A stretch of DNA of 47,799 bases, taken from positions 1 to 47,799 of IMG/VR virus record IMGVR_UViG_3300037991_000189. One strand, given 5' to 3'. The translations under genes and the position numbers were made by a program. This document shows, one piece after another, positions 25,742 through 35,507 of the stretch; within the stretch, counting starts at the first letter, position 1; the number at the start of each line of letters is the position of its first letter. Origin of the DNA: a virus (Duplodnaviria; Caudoviricetes). The notes under the pieces were generated by a model. That model made no database searches, was not told the DNA's origin, and worked only from the letters and a program-made list of their open reading frames with translations.

Positions 25742-28700
25742 ATATCACCCCAATATTCGTTACTATATTCTAATAATGCTTGTCTCATTTTTGGACTTAG
25801 TGTGACACCATTATGCATTTTAGCTGATGATAGATAGTGCATTTTCATTGATCTTAGTATGCTTTCACCATTTATACTGTGTTGTGGGTGTCTATCATTA
25901 AATTTATACATTTCTTCTAATATATCATCGACATCATCACCCATACGTGTAGCAACATAAAATCTTTTTAATAATTTAGTTCGTCGCTCGTTTACAGCTC
26001 TATCTATTTTCTTAAGTTGTTGATTTTGCTCTTGTTTAAACGTGTATTCGGTAGGAGGAAAACCTATAATCTGACTGACTAAACCTCCTGTGGTTATATC
26101 ATCATGTATCACGTCACCTCGTCTTGTTAATATACCTTCGTCTCTTGGATATCTATATGCACCTTTGTATATATTACGAAATGCGGCTGGTAGCATGGCT
26201 TCTATACCACGTTCTATGTTACCCTCGTTTACATCTTTTATACCTCTACTAAAGGATTGTGACACACTCCAAGCAGGACCTCCTATAATACTTAATAATA
26301 AATCTGCATCAGAAGCGTCATCATTGTATGGGTTATCTCTAAACAATAAATTAGATAGACCAACACGTGTAGATATATCTGTGCCAAATAATGCACTTAT
26401 AGGTCCTTTGTAGGCAAACTCACCTATGTGTTTACGTAATATTGTTTCAGCGTCATCTTCTTCGTCATCTAAGAATAAATTGGCAAGCATCATAACAGAG
26501 CCGATCAGAGGTAATCCTGAAGCACCTGCTAGTAACGTGGAGGATAACACGATACCGTATAGTTGCTTTCTAGCCGCTTTTTTAACTTCGGCTGTCTCAC
26601 CTTTTAGTGCAGTATCTAACGTCTTAAACATAGTATAATACATCTGTATGCCGTATGACTTATACATAAGAGCCACACGACCTATGCCTTGCTGTGCTAT
26701 TCTAGGTGCAGTAGATAGTGTAGCACCTCCGTTCATTTCTTGTGATTGATATATAGCTTGTTTCGCGGCTAGTTTTCTTTTCTCAGCTAGACTTAGTTTC
26801 TTTTCTTTAGCAGTAGGATTCTTCTCCATACGTGCAAGTTCTAGCCTGTATGTGGCTGTCATAGCCACTTGTCTGTTATATCGCTCGACCTGATGAAAAG
26901 AAAAAGCAGAGTATGCGTTAGCTTTATCCCATATGCTTCTTGTGCGACCTGCTTGTTCTATAGCTAATGTATCATAGTATAAAGAACGGTTTAAACCACC
27001 ACGTTTGCTAGCTTCTTCTACAAGAGTTTTAAGGTCGTTTTCTATAAATTCTCTTTTTTCTTTCTTCATCTTAGATAAGTCTATGTCTTTTCTAAGCTCT
27101 AATTCACCGTTAGCATTAGCCTCAAAATAGTTATCTATAGACGGCATACCACTAGCACTTACTTTATCTTTGGACATATCTACACGTGATAGCTTACGAC
27201 TAAATCCACTAGATGTAATTATACCTGATGCAAAGCCTATAGAACCTATAGCAGACCCTACGCCAGCATATTTACCACCTAGTATAGGAACCATCATAAG
27301 TGGTATTTGCGATAAGTTAACGATCGCAGATGACAAGTTAAATCCGATAGTGCCTAAGAACGCCACTCTGTTTGCGTTCCCTGCTAGTTGTTGCCTGAAG
27401 TCAACAGGTGGGTTACGTGCAAACTGTGCTCTTTCTAATAATTCATTAAGTACTAACAATCCATTCTCGTCACTACCAGCTTTCTTCCAGTCGCTACGTA
27501 ACTGATCTTCTAACCCTCGTATTTGATTGCTGTAATCTAAACGCACAACCTGTCTTGATAAATCGTATGCCTTAGTTCTAAAAGCATCAAAAGCATCTTC
27601 TTGGAATCCTAAGAAATCTTCACGTTTTTGCATGGATTTAGCAAAAGATGTTTCAGGTAACCCTGATATAAATAAAGATATTAACTCTTCTCTTGTTGAA
27701 TTATATGCGTCTTGTTCTTTTTTACTTGGCTTTGCAGGTTGATTCTTTTGTAGTACACCAAGCATTTCAGCCATAAGCCCTGAAGAAGGTGCTGATCCAG
27801 TTTTAATAACTTGATCTAAATTCATGTAGGCTACAGGTTTAGTTTTGACTCTTGGATCTGTTGCTAACTCTGCTATACGAGCATCTCTAGCACTTTTGGT
27901 TTCAAACGCCTCATATACTTGTTCTGTTGAGTTTGTTCTAGCGTTAAATGCCTCATAAGCAAGCCATTTATCACCTTTACGTGTTAACGGAAAGTATGGT
28001 TCTATTTTTTCATCTTTAAATAACTCTGCAAATATTTTATTTTTTATTGCTTTAGCTTCTTTCTTATCAGCAACAATAGAATCAATTTTTCTACCTACTA
28101 CACCCTCTAAGTCTTTATATATCTTTGAATATACATCTCTCATCTCTGTGTATACTTCTTTACCACTTGGTCCAACACTTGTTAACAATGTGTTTAATTC
28201 ATCCCATATTACCTGCATATCTCTTGGTGTGGTTTCGTCAGTTTTCTTGTTTTTATAAAATGATCTAGGCTTGGTAGGGTCTACCCTGTCTAACGTGCTG
28301 ATGTATACAAGTTTGTTAAAGGTATCTACCTTTGTAGGATTCTTGTTTATCCAGTTATCAAATACTTTTAATGTTGCATCTATTCTTTCATCCATCTTGT
28401 TAGTTTCACCAACCAAACCCTCTATTGTTTGACGTAACCTGATGGCAGTGCCCTGCATTTTAAATTTAGCGGCTATATCTGTAACTGCTTGTAAAGGCAA
28501 ACTAAATAAACCAAATGTTTTTGTTTTCTTACCTATCTCTGCATCTGTTACTAAGTCTGCGATTCTATTAATAAAACCCTTTTTAGCATCTGCTGAGTTA
28601 TCTACACTATTGGCTCTGTTTGATAAGAATGTAGCCAGATCTTCTACTTGTCCTATCATAGAAGAGGCTGTTAAATCACCTGTAGACCTTGTTCCTGGCG

Positions 28701-31700
28701 TTGGGGCTAACATACCATCCACTAACAAGTCTACCTGTGTTAAGGCAGAGCCCTCTGGGGCCCTAGCTGGCAAGCGAAATATCTTACGTAAAAAGTTACC
28801 AACAGAGTTTACGAACCTCTCTAATGCACTAAGTGGTTGACCTTTAGGATTTATACCAGCTAGTTCTTGTCTAAATTTAGGATTACTCATGGCTTCAGCC
28901 ACAAAGTCCTGCACAGATCCAGCCCCGTATGCAGTACCTAACATATCTTTAGTGTCATTAAACAAAGCTGTTATCTGTTTGGTAAGTGGGTGTGATTTTT
29001 TCTTTAATGTCTTTTGTGTAACAGCATGCGTAGCCTCGTGCAATAGAGTATGTATATTGATACCAGTGTCACTGTCTAATGTTATAGTGTCAGTATCAAC
29101 ACTATACATACCTGCTATTTGTGATTTTGAATCATTAATTAATGTCTTTTTAGTAGTTAGTTTTGTATCACCTAGATTATTTACGAGTGCAGATGCTATC
29201 TTAGATACAAACGGACTGCCTGTAGTATTCTGTAATTCTTTTAATGCACCTTTTAAATCACCTTGTTTTATTTGTTTCGTCACAGCAGGATTTATAGGAG
29301 AGTCTAAGCCCTCTACTGCGGAAACAAGTAAAAGTTCTTCTGTTTCTATAGAGGCAATTTTTGCATCAACTCCTTGCTCGAGTGCGTCAAAATCAAGTGT
29401 AGGTCTTTTTTCTATAAGTTTTATATATTCTGCTTCTGATAAATTAGCTGTGCTTAATCTACCCTCTCTTGCTAACTTGTTTATCTCTCTGGTAGACATT
29501 TTATCAAACCCAGCGAAAGTTGGAGCCAAGCTTTTTAGTCTTAGATTTGCAATTCTTTTAGCTTTCTTTTCTTTAAACTTCTTTGTTCTATCCTTAAGAT
29601 TTTGTTTAAAAGCCATATCTGGGTTGTTGACTACATCAGAAAAACTAGTTCTTACAAAATCTTTTGCCTCTTCCTTTGTCTTTTCAACTTCTTTTTCTGC
29701 TTTTCTTTGCGATACTTTTCTTTGATAGTCTATAAAAGCTGCTTTTGATATTGTTCTTTTCTTTGTACCTACACCATAAAGTTCTTCTAATACTTCTTTT
29801 AACTTACCTTTATTTTTCAATTCTTGGTTTAAAGATTTTGTTCTACGAGTAAGTCTATTCTCTGCCAAGGTTTCTTCTCGTTTTAACTGTCTTTGAGTAT
29901 CTATATAATCTTGAACAAAGGTTTTCGTTTTGGTGTCCATGTTTTTATTCATCCACCTAAGAAGATTCTCACTAGTCCTTCCGTTTATACCTTCAAAAAA
30001 TTGTTTTTCTGCTCTTGTTATACCTTTTGTCTGTTCAGTTACTACTGGAGTTGGGAACACACTCTCATAACCAGCCACAATAAAAGCATCTAATGGTCGT
30101 TCAAATTTACTAAGAAATTGTTTAGCTTCTCTATTTTGTTTATTTTCTGGTTTGTCTTTATCTCTACCACTTTGTTCTGGTATAGTGGCTAACAACAATC
30201 TTTTAACTTTAGTTTTTTCTTCAACATTCATAGGATCTTTTCTATCAGGCACTATCTCTTTGTATTTTTCACCGAGACTTTTAGTCATAGTGCTCCAATT
30301 TTGAAGACCAGCAGTCTTTTTATTTATATTTGTTATCTCTTCATCTATACGTTTTTGTGATTCTTCTTGAGTAATTTTTGGCTCAAACTGTGGTGCAGTG
30401 CCTTTTACAGTTTTTTTATCTTTAAGATCTTGCTCAAATTTTGCTGCGGCTCTGTCTATATCAACTTTACGTGCCGCTGCTTCTTCTTGTTTCTTTTTGT
30501 CGGATACTAACTTTATTTCTTGCTTATATTGTGTCTGTGTAAGCCCAAGACCTTTTTCATAGCTATCTTCAAATATTTGTTTTTGTGATATACCTTTATC
30601 TAAATCAGCACGTATGGATTCTTGTAAGTTAGCTCCTATCTTGCTTTCTAATGGTTTAGTATCTTCTGTTAACTTCTTTTCAGGTGTTTGTAACTCAGGA
30701 CGCGCAGCTGTATCGACTTCAGCATCTGTGTCTTTTACTGTGTCTTCAGTAGCAACGTCTTCAGTCACGGTAGCACCGAACCCTGCGGGTGGTGGTGGGG
30801 CAGGCTTATCTAGTCCTAGCTTCTTAGTTATTCTTTCTTCTAATTTTAATCTTTCTTCGTCTGTTTCTTTTACAGGTGCAGGTTTAGTTTCTTCTGCAAA
30901 AGGATCTATTTCTTCAGGCACTGTTGCTTTGGCTTCTACTATTTCTTCTCTAGGTAATGGACCTTGTACCTCTTTTTCACCTTCAGGGCGTGGTCCTACT
31001 AATGGACTAGGAGCTGTTGAAACTGCTTCTTCTTCAGGTGGAGCGTCATCTCTACGACCTCTACCTCTAGGAGTAACAAGCTCCATGACTGTTTGTACAA
31101 ATCCACCAACTCCTGCACCTATGGCAAACTGCTCTCCAGTGCCTTGAAATGCGCCTCTTTCTGGGTTGTATATACCTTTTTCAATAAGATTTTGTCCTAC
31201 ACCTGCAACAAATTCTTGTGCACCTTCAAGACCAGCCTCTTGAAATATACGTTTAGCTGATGCAACAATACCATCTGCAGCTTCGCCACCAACAGCTTTT
31301 CTAAATTTATTTAATATGCTAATAGGAGATATAAGTTCTGTAGCACCTACACCTGCACCAAGTAAAGATGCAATCCCACGCTCTTCTTCTGTAGCACCAC
31401 CTTCACGTGCACGTTCACTAGCCTCACCTGCACCAGCACCCACAGCTAAACTACCTGCAAGAGGTAAACCAACAACGGGTATAGCTGCTGATCCTAATAT
31501 ACCAAGAAACGATCCTACACCTTCACCTAGTTTACGACCTACTAAGTCCTCTGACCCTGCATCAGCAGCAAAAAACTCTTGCACAGGATCAGCAAAGTCT
31601 TGTATTTTCTCACGTAATTTAGATTCTGTTTCTTCTGCAAAGGGTGTAATAGCACCAAGAGCAGCACTTTCGAGTAATCCTGCAGCACCACCACCTAAAC

Positions 31701-31968
31701 CTTTTAAAAATTCTTCTAACTGGTCGGGTGTTATATCGTCAAGAAACCCACCATCATCTTCTTTAGGCTCTTCAGGCACAGCATTTATTCGTGCCATTTC
31801 GTCTTGATATTCTTTTTCAATTCTAGCTAATTCTGCTTCTTCGTCTATATCTGTGGGTGTGCTATCACGTAGCTCTTTATAGGCAGCTACAACTGTTTCA
31901 AAATCTGCAGTGCCTTTTTTATCTTCGTTAGCTACTATCCATTCTGCTAATTGTTCTTGTGTAGCCAT
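25738..31968 (-). CDS. Large internal virion/ejection (polyvalent) protein with a zincin-like metallopeptidase and a PLxRFG-like domain
   Basis: 2076 aa; Gly/Ala-rich membrane-type N-terminus, LLHEATH...FVAEA, PYFPLTRKG. Confidence 0.75.
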   Translation of the reverse strand: MATQEQLAEWIVANEDKKGTADFETVVAAYKELRDSTPTDIDEEAELARIEKEYQDEMARINAVPEEPKEDDGGFLDDITPDQLEEFLKGLGGGAAGLLESAALGAITPFAEETESKLREKIQDFADPVQEFFAADAGSEDLVGRKLGEGVGSFLGILGSAAIPVVGLPLAGSLAVGAGAGEASERAREGGATEEERGIASLLGAGVGATELISPISILNKFRKAVGGEAADGIVASAKRIFQEAGLEGAQEFVAGVGQNLIEKGIYNPERGAFQGTGEQFAIGAGVGGFVQTVMELVTPRGRGRRDDAPPEEEAVSTAPSPLVGPRPEGEKEVQGPLPREEIVEAKATVPEEIDPFAEETKPAPVKETDEERLKLEERITKKLGLDKPAPPPPAGFGATVTEDVATEDTVKDTDAEVDTAARPELQTPEKKLTEDTKPLESKIGANLQESIRADLDKGISQKQIFEDSYEKGLGLTQTQYKQEIKLVSDKKKQEEAAARKVDIDRAAAKFEQDLKDKKTVKGTAPQFEPKITQEESQKRIDEEITNINKKTAGLQNWSTMTKSLGEKYKEIVPDRKDPMNVEEKTKVKRLLLATIPEQSGRDKDKPENKQNREAKQFLSKFERPLDAFIVAGYESVFPTPVVTEQTKGITRAEKQFFEGINGRTSENLLRWMNKNMDTKTKTFVQDYIDTQRQLKREETLAENRLTRRTKSLNQELKNKGKLKEVLEELYGVGTKKRTISKAAFIDYQRKVSQRKAEKEVEKTKEEAKDFVRTSFSDVVNNPDMAFKQNLKDRTKKFKEKKAKRIANLRLKSLAPTFAGFDKMSTREINKLAREGRLSTANLSEAEYIKLIEKRPTLDFDALEQGVDAKIASIETEELLLVSAVEGLDSPINPAVTKQIKQGDLKGALKELQNTTGSPFVSKIASALVNNLGDTKLTTKKTLINDSKSQIAGMYSVDTDTITLDSDTGINIHTLLHEATHAVTQKTLKKKSHPLTKQITALFNDTKDMLGTAYGAGSVQDFVAEAMSNPKFRQELAGINPKGQPLSALERFVNSVGNFLRKIFRLPARAPEGSALTQVDLLVDGMLAPTPGTRSTGDLTASSMIGQVEDLATFLSNRANSVDNSADAKKGFINRIADLVTDAEIGKKTKTFGLFSLPLQAVTDIAAKFKMQGTAIRLRQTIEGLVGETNKMDERIDATLKVFDNWINKNPTKVDTFNKLVYISTLDRVDPTKPRSFYKNKKTDETTPRDMQVIWDELNTLLTSVGPSGKEVYTEMRDVYSKIYKDLEGVVGRKIDSIVADKKEAKAIKNKIFAELFKDEKIEPYFPLTRKGDKWLAYEAFNARTNSTEQVYEAFETKSARDARIAELATDPRVKTKPVAYMNLDQVIKTGSAPSSGLMAEMLGVLQKNQPAKPSKKEQDAYNSTREELISLFISGLPETSFAKSMQKREDFLGFQEDAFDAFRTKAYDLSRQVVRLDYSNQIRGLEDQLRSDWKKAGSDENGLLVLNELLERAQFARNPPVDFRQQLAGNANRVAFLGTIGFNLSSAIVNLSQIPLMMVPILGGKYAGVGSAIGSIGFASGIITSSGFSRKLSRVDMSKDKVSASGMPSIDNYFEANANGELELRKDIDLSKMKKEKREFIENDLKTLVEEASKRGGLNRSLYYDTLAIEQAGRTRSIWDKANAYSAFSFHQVERYNRQVAMTATYRLELARMEKNPTAKEKKLSLAEKRKLAAKQAIYQSQEMNGGATLSTAPRIAQQGIGRVALMYKSYGIQMYYTMFKTLDTALKGETAEVKKAARKQLYGIVLSSTLLAGASGLPLIGSVMMLANLFLDDEEDDAETILRKHIGEFAYKGPISALFGTDISTRVGLSNLLFRDNPYNDDASDADLLLSIIGGPAWSVSQSFSRGIKDVNEGNIERGIEAMLPAAFRNIYKGAYRYPRDEGILTRRGDVIHDDITTGGLVSQIIGFPPTEYTFKQEQNQQLKKIDRAVNERRTKLLKRFYVATRMGDDVDDILEEMYKFNDRHPQHSINGESILRSMKMHYLSSAKMHNGVTLSPKMRQALLEYSNEYWGDI

Positions 31969-31975
31969 AACGACC

Positions 31976-33742
31976 CTATTTACCTATGATGGCGTCAGCT
32001 TTTTTCTGTGTTTCAGATATACCACCAGCTCTATTACTTGCCCCAGTTGTAGCTGTTTTTAAAGCATCTCTAAATGGTTTTGCTTTTAATTTTATACTAT
32101 CTTGTAATTTTTTAATATCTGCTGCTAATTTATCATCTATTAATTTGTCTTTTGCAGCTTTATCTGAACCAAAATTAGAAGCTTTTTCTTTTGTTGCTGC
32201 ATCTCTTAAAGATTTTATACCCTTTGCTTCTGCATTTTCATAAAGCTGTACCATCTTAGTATTGCCTGTTATAATATTTCCTGTGGCTAATATTTCGTTA
32301 CGTTGTTTATTTATATCATTTAAGTCTTTTTTCAATGTTGCTGTTACAGCATTATTAGATATTTGAGCTACAAGTTTATCAGCTTCTAAAGCTCCTGTCT
32401 TTTCGCTAGCTGTTAGTGATGTGCCTGATGCAACACCTTGTTTCTTAGCTCCTAATGCGTCTTGGAAAGCAGCTTTCTTCAAGGTTTGTGTTCTATTGGC
32501 TTCATCCATAAACAACTTGTTTAAAGCATCAAACTCACTTCTTCGTAACTTTTCTTGTGCTCTCTGTGCGTTTATACCTGCAAGACCTGATGTTCTAAAT
32601 GCTTCACCTGGGGTTGCTCCTCTAGCACCTAGTAGTGTTTGCAATAATCTATCTGTCTGTAATCTGTCAGGGTCCATCATATTTGCTCGCATATCAGTGC
32701 GTTCTTTTAACATTTTACTTATAAATGCTTGTTCTGCAGGGGTACGTGCTGCAAAATCTACAGCTTTTTGTGGATCTTGATTTATTAAATCAGATATACC
32801 ACCCTTAACTTGTTTGTTAAAGGCATCATCCATTGCAAATTTACCTGCATCAAATGCACTTGTCGCTGCAGGTATACCAGCACTCTTGTCTTGTGCGAGA
32901 TCATCTACTGGCACTACAGGTTTTTTCTCGTCAACAACGGGAGGTTTAACGTCTGGTTTAATATTTTGTTTTCTTAATGCTTCTTGTAAACCTACATCGA
33001 CCTTTGGTTGTAGTTGAGCTATACCTGTCTGTGTATCTTTATCTTTATCTTTTGCTTTTGTAAATCTTGGTTTTGTAAGAAACTCTGAACCAAATGCTGG
33101 TGGAGATTCTGAAGCTTTTTTTATTAACGCATTTAATTCTTCTTTCGATTTATCTACCCCTATAGTCTTAAGAATATTTGCAGGAAGTAGCGCATTACCA
33201 GTTTGAGCTACTTTTTTTGCATATCGCATAAGGTAAGAATCACCTTCTTTTTCTTGTATAGCTTCTAAATCTTTTTTCTTTAGTCCTGTGGCTAAAGATT
33301 TTATCATGTACCAAGCATCGTCTAATATACTACTACTATTTTTACTTTCTACTTCTTTACCTTCTTTAAACCCTACAATGCCACCATCTGCTAGTTTTGT
33401 CATGTTAGGTGCAGGTGCTCCAGATACCCCTGCAGAGGCTAGCCTATTCACATTTGCTTGTGTTTGAGCTTGTTTATTTTCTAACGCACCCTTAACACCT
33501 TCTGCCATATCAGCAGTATTTTTTCTTACTTCACCTTCGACCTGCTCTAATATGGTCCCAGGCGTTTGTTGTTGCTTTAATAATAAACCTCTTTTAATGG
33601 CATCCTGCTCTTTTCTAATCATATTCAAAGCAAGAAGATCAAACAAATCTTGTTTTTGCATGTATCTTTGTTGTAACGCTGCAGGGTTACCTTCAAAAGC
33701 TTTAGCTGTGTCTGATACTATATTTTCTATTCCTACTGCCAT
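31976..33742 (-). CDS. Internal virion protein (putative)
   Basis: 588 aa, helical and A/K-rich, LADGGIVGF motif; lies in the ejection-protein block. Confidence 0.65.
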   Translation of the reverse strand: MAVGIENIVSDTAKAFEGNPAALQQRYMQKQDLFDLLALNMIRKEQDAIKRGLLLKQQQTPGTILEQVEGEVRKNTADMAEGVKGALENKQAQTQANVNRLASAGVSGAPAPNMTKLADGGIVGFKEGKEVESKNSSSILDDAWYMIKSLATGLKKKDLEAIQEKEGDSYLMRYAKKVAQTGNALLPANILKTIGVDKSKEELNALIKKASESPPAFGSEFLTKPRFTKAKDKDKDTQTGIAQLQPKVDVGLQEALRKQNIKPDVKPPVVDEKKPVVPVDDLAQDKSAGIPAATSAFDAGKFAMDDAFNKQVKGGISDLINQDPQKAVDFAARTPAEQAFISKMLKERTDMRANMMDPDRLQTDRLLQTLLGARGATPGEAFRTSGLAGINAQRAQEKLRRSEFDALNKLFMDEANRTQTLKKAAFQDALGAKKQGVASGTSLTASEKTGALEADKLVAQISNNAVTATLKKDLNDINKQRNEILATGNIITGNTKMVQLYENAEAKGIKSLRDAATKEKASNFGSDKAAKDKLIDDKLAADIKKLQDSIKLKAKPFRDALKTATTGASNRAGGISETQKKADAIIGK

Positions 33743-33753
33743 AGTATAGTCCC

Positions 33754-34716
33754 TTATGTGTTTGCACCACCAAGTGTGCCTGTATTTATATTGTAATCAC
33801 CTATCATAGCATCTTCGTCATCTAACTGCTCACCTGCAGTTAAGATAGAGCCTGGGGCAACGGCTGGATTATTACTCGTACCACCAAATATGGTTTCATA
33901 TAACTGACCTATACCACCTGCTGTGTTCATCAATGATGTCAATGCAGACGGCTGTTGGTATGTGTATGATTGTGCAGCCAAAGGTAGACCTTGTAGTAGT
34001 GATTGCATATATTGTACTTGTTTGTATGGAAAATCTCTTTCTTCTTCAAACTGTGCCCTATCGGCTGCAATACCCTCAGACTCAATACTACGCTGTAATC
34101 CGCCTATATCTGCCTGTTTAAGTAACGTACCTAATCCGTACTGATTTACCATGTCTTGTGCAGCTTTTCTTCTATTTTCTTCTACGTTAAACTGTTGCAT
34201 GGCTTTATCAAAAGCATTTGCATAGCCTGTGCCTGTAATACTAGCTATTCTATCTAATAACGCACGATTGCCTTCAGCTTCCATAACACCTTGCCTAGAA
34301 CCACCGAATGCACCTGCTCTAGTTAATCTACCTGCATCTCGTACTCTTTGTATATCTGCTTGCCTTCTCGCAGCATCTATTTGTGGCTGTAAGGCTGCCT
34401 CTAAAAACGGATTCATAAACTTTTGAGCTGTGCCTGCTTCTGTAAAACTTGTTGGTGTAAACGCACCCATCTGTTCTGTAGGTATTGTTAGCCCTGCTAA
34501 ACCACTAAATGCCTTACTTTGTAGATCAGACTGTCCTGCTGTAAGAGGTCCTTGGTATGCTTGATATGGCATACTTGCAAGTGCCTGACCTCTGCCAAGC
34601 ATTTCTGTAACATAAGGTCCTACATAGTTAGAAAGAGCTGATTCTGTTCCTATCTGTTTACCTGTAGTATCTCCAGTATTGGCTGTGCTCAATGGTGCTA
34701 AAGGATCTACTGCCAT
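33754..34716 (-). CDS. DNA transfer/ejection protein (putative)
   Basis: PYQAYQGP, FMNPF, AGAFGGSRQGV motifs; Q/A/G-rich. Confidence 0.7.
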   Translation of the reverse strand: MAVDPLAPLSTANTGDTTGKQIGTESALSNYVGPYVTEMLGRGQALASMPYQAYQGPLTAGQSDLQSKAFSGLAGLTIPTEQMGAFTPTSFTEAGTAQKFMNPFLEAALQPQIDAARRQADIQRVRDAGRLTRAGAFGGSRQGVMEAEGNRALLDRIASITGTGYANAFDKAMQQFNVEENRRKAAQDMVNQYGLGTLLKQADIGGLQRSIESEGIAADRAQFEEERDFPYKQVQYMQSLLQGLPLAAQSYTYQQPSALTSLMNTAGGIGQLYETIFGGTSNNPAVAPGSILTAGEQLDDEDAMIGDYNINTGTLGGANT

Positions 34717-34718
34717 AA

Positions 34719-35507
34719 CTAAGCCCTCCTCGTTGACATCATTTTATTAGGGTCTATAGCAGGAGCTTGTTTAGTAGTCCCTGTTCTAGCTTGTCTTACT
34801 CTATCCATCATTGCGTATAAATTTTTTGCCCCTGCATCAGAGTTACCATTACCTAACCCACTAACGACATCCGCAGGTACAACAAACTCCCCACCACTTA
34901 GTGCGGCTGGATCTTTTCTATCTATCATTGCAGGTATTTCATCTGACATACCATCTGTTGTGCTTCTAAGAAATCTAGGTGGAGCCATACCTGCTATGCC
35001 ACCTGCAGCCATAGGCTGTACTGGAGGAATCATAGGCATACCTGCTCTTGTTTGTCGTGCTGGATTAGCTAAATTAGCTGCCTGTAGAGCGGCTGCAGCT
35101 CCACTAGTATCACCACCATCAAATCTTACATCTGTAAAATAACGTTGACCTGCACTTCCTGGCCTTCTAGCTGCATCAAATGTCCCAGGGACCTGCATGC
35201 GTGAAGCAGTGTATGAAGGTATTTTACCTTGATAGCCAGTCATTTGAGGGCTACCACCACCAAATATCCTTGTTAATACGTTATCATCACCTAAAACACC
35301 TGCAGACCCTAACAAACTACCTATGCCACCTACAGCAGCGGCTACTTTAGTACCACTAATATTGCCTTTACTATCTGTAAATACAGAACCTATGTCTTCA
35401 AGTAATCCTGTGCCTTGATCGTCATCATCACTAAAATCAACATCTGTTATGTAGTCATAGGCACTGCTACCTAAACCTGTAATAGTGTCCCAAAAGTTAG
35501 TTGCCAT
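34719..35507 (-). CDS. Virion-associated protein (putative)
   Basis: DGMSDEIPAMI...LSGGEFVVPADVVSGLGNGNSDAGA motif, common in phage virion proteins. Confidence 0.7.
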   Translation of the reverse strand: MATNFWDTITGLGSSAYDYITDVDFSDDDDQGTGLLEDIGSVFTDSKGNISGTKVAAAVGGIGSLLGSAGVLGDDNVLTRIFGGGSPQMTGYQGKIPSYTASRMQVPGTFDAARRPGSAGQRYFTDVRFDGGDTSGAAAALQAANLANPARQTRAGMPMIPPVQPMAAGGIAGMAPPRFLRSTTDGMSDEIPAMIDRKDPAALSGGEFVVPADVVSGLGNGNSDAGAKNLYAMMDRVRQARTGTTKQAPAIDPNKMMSTRRA

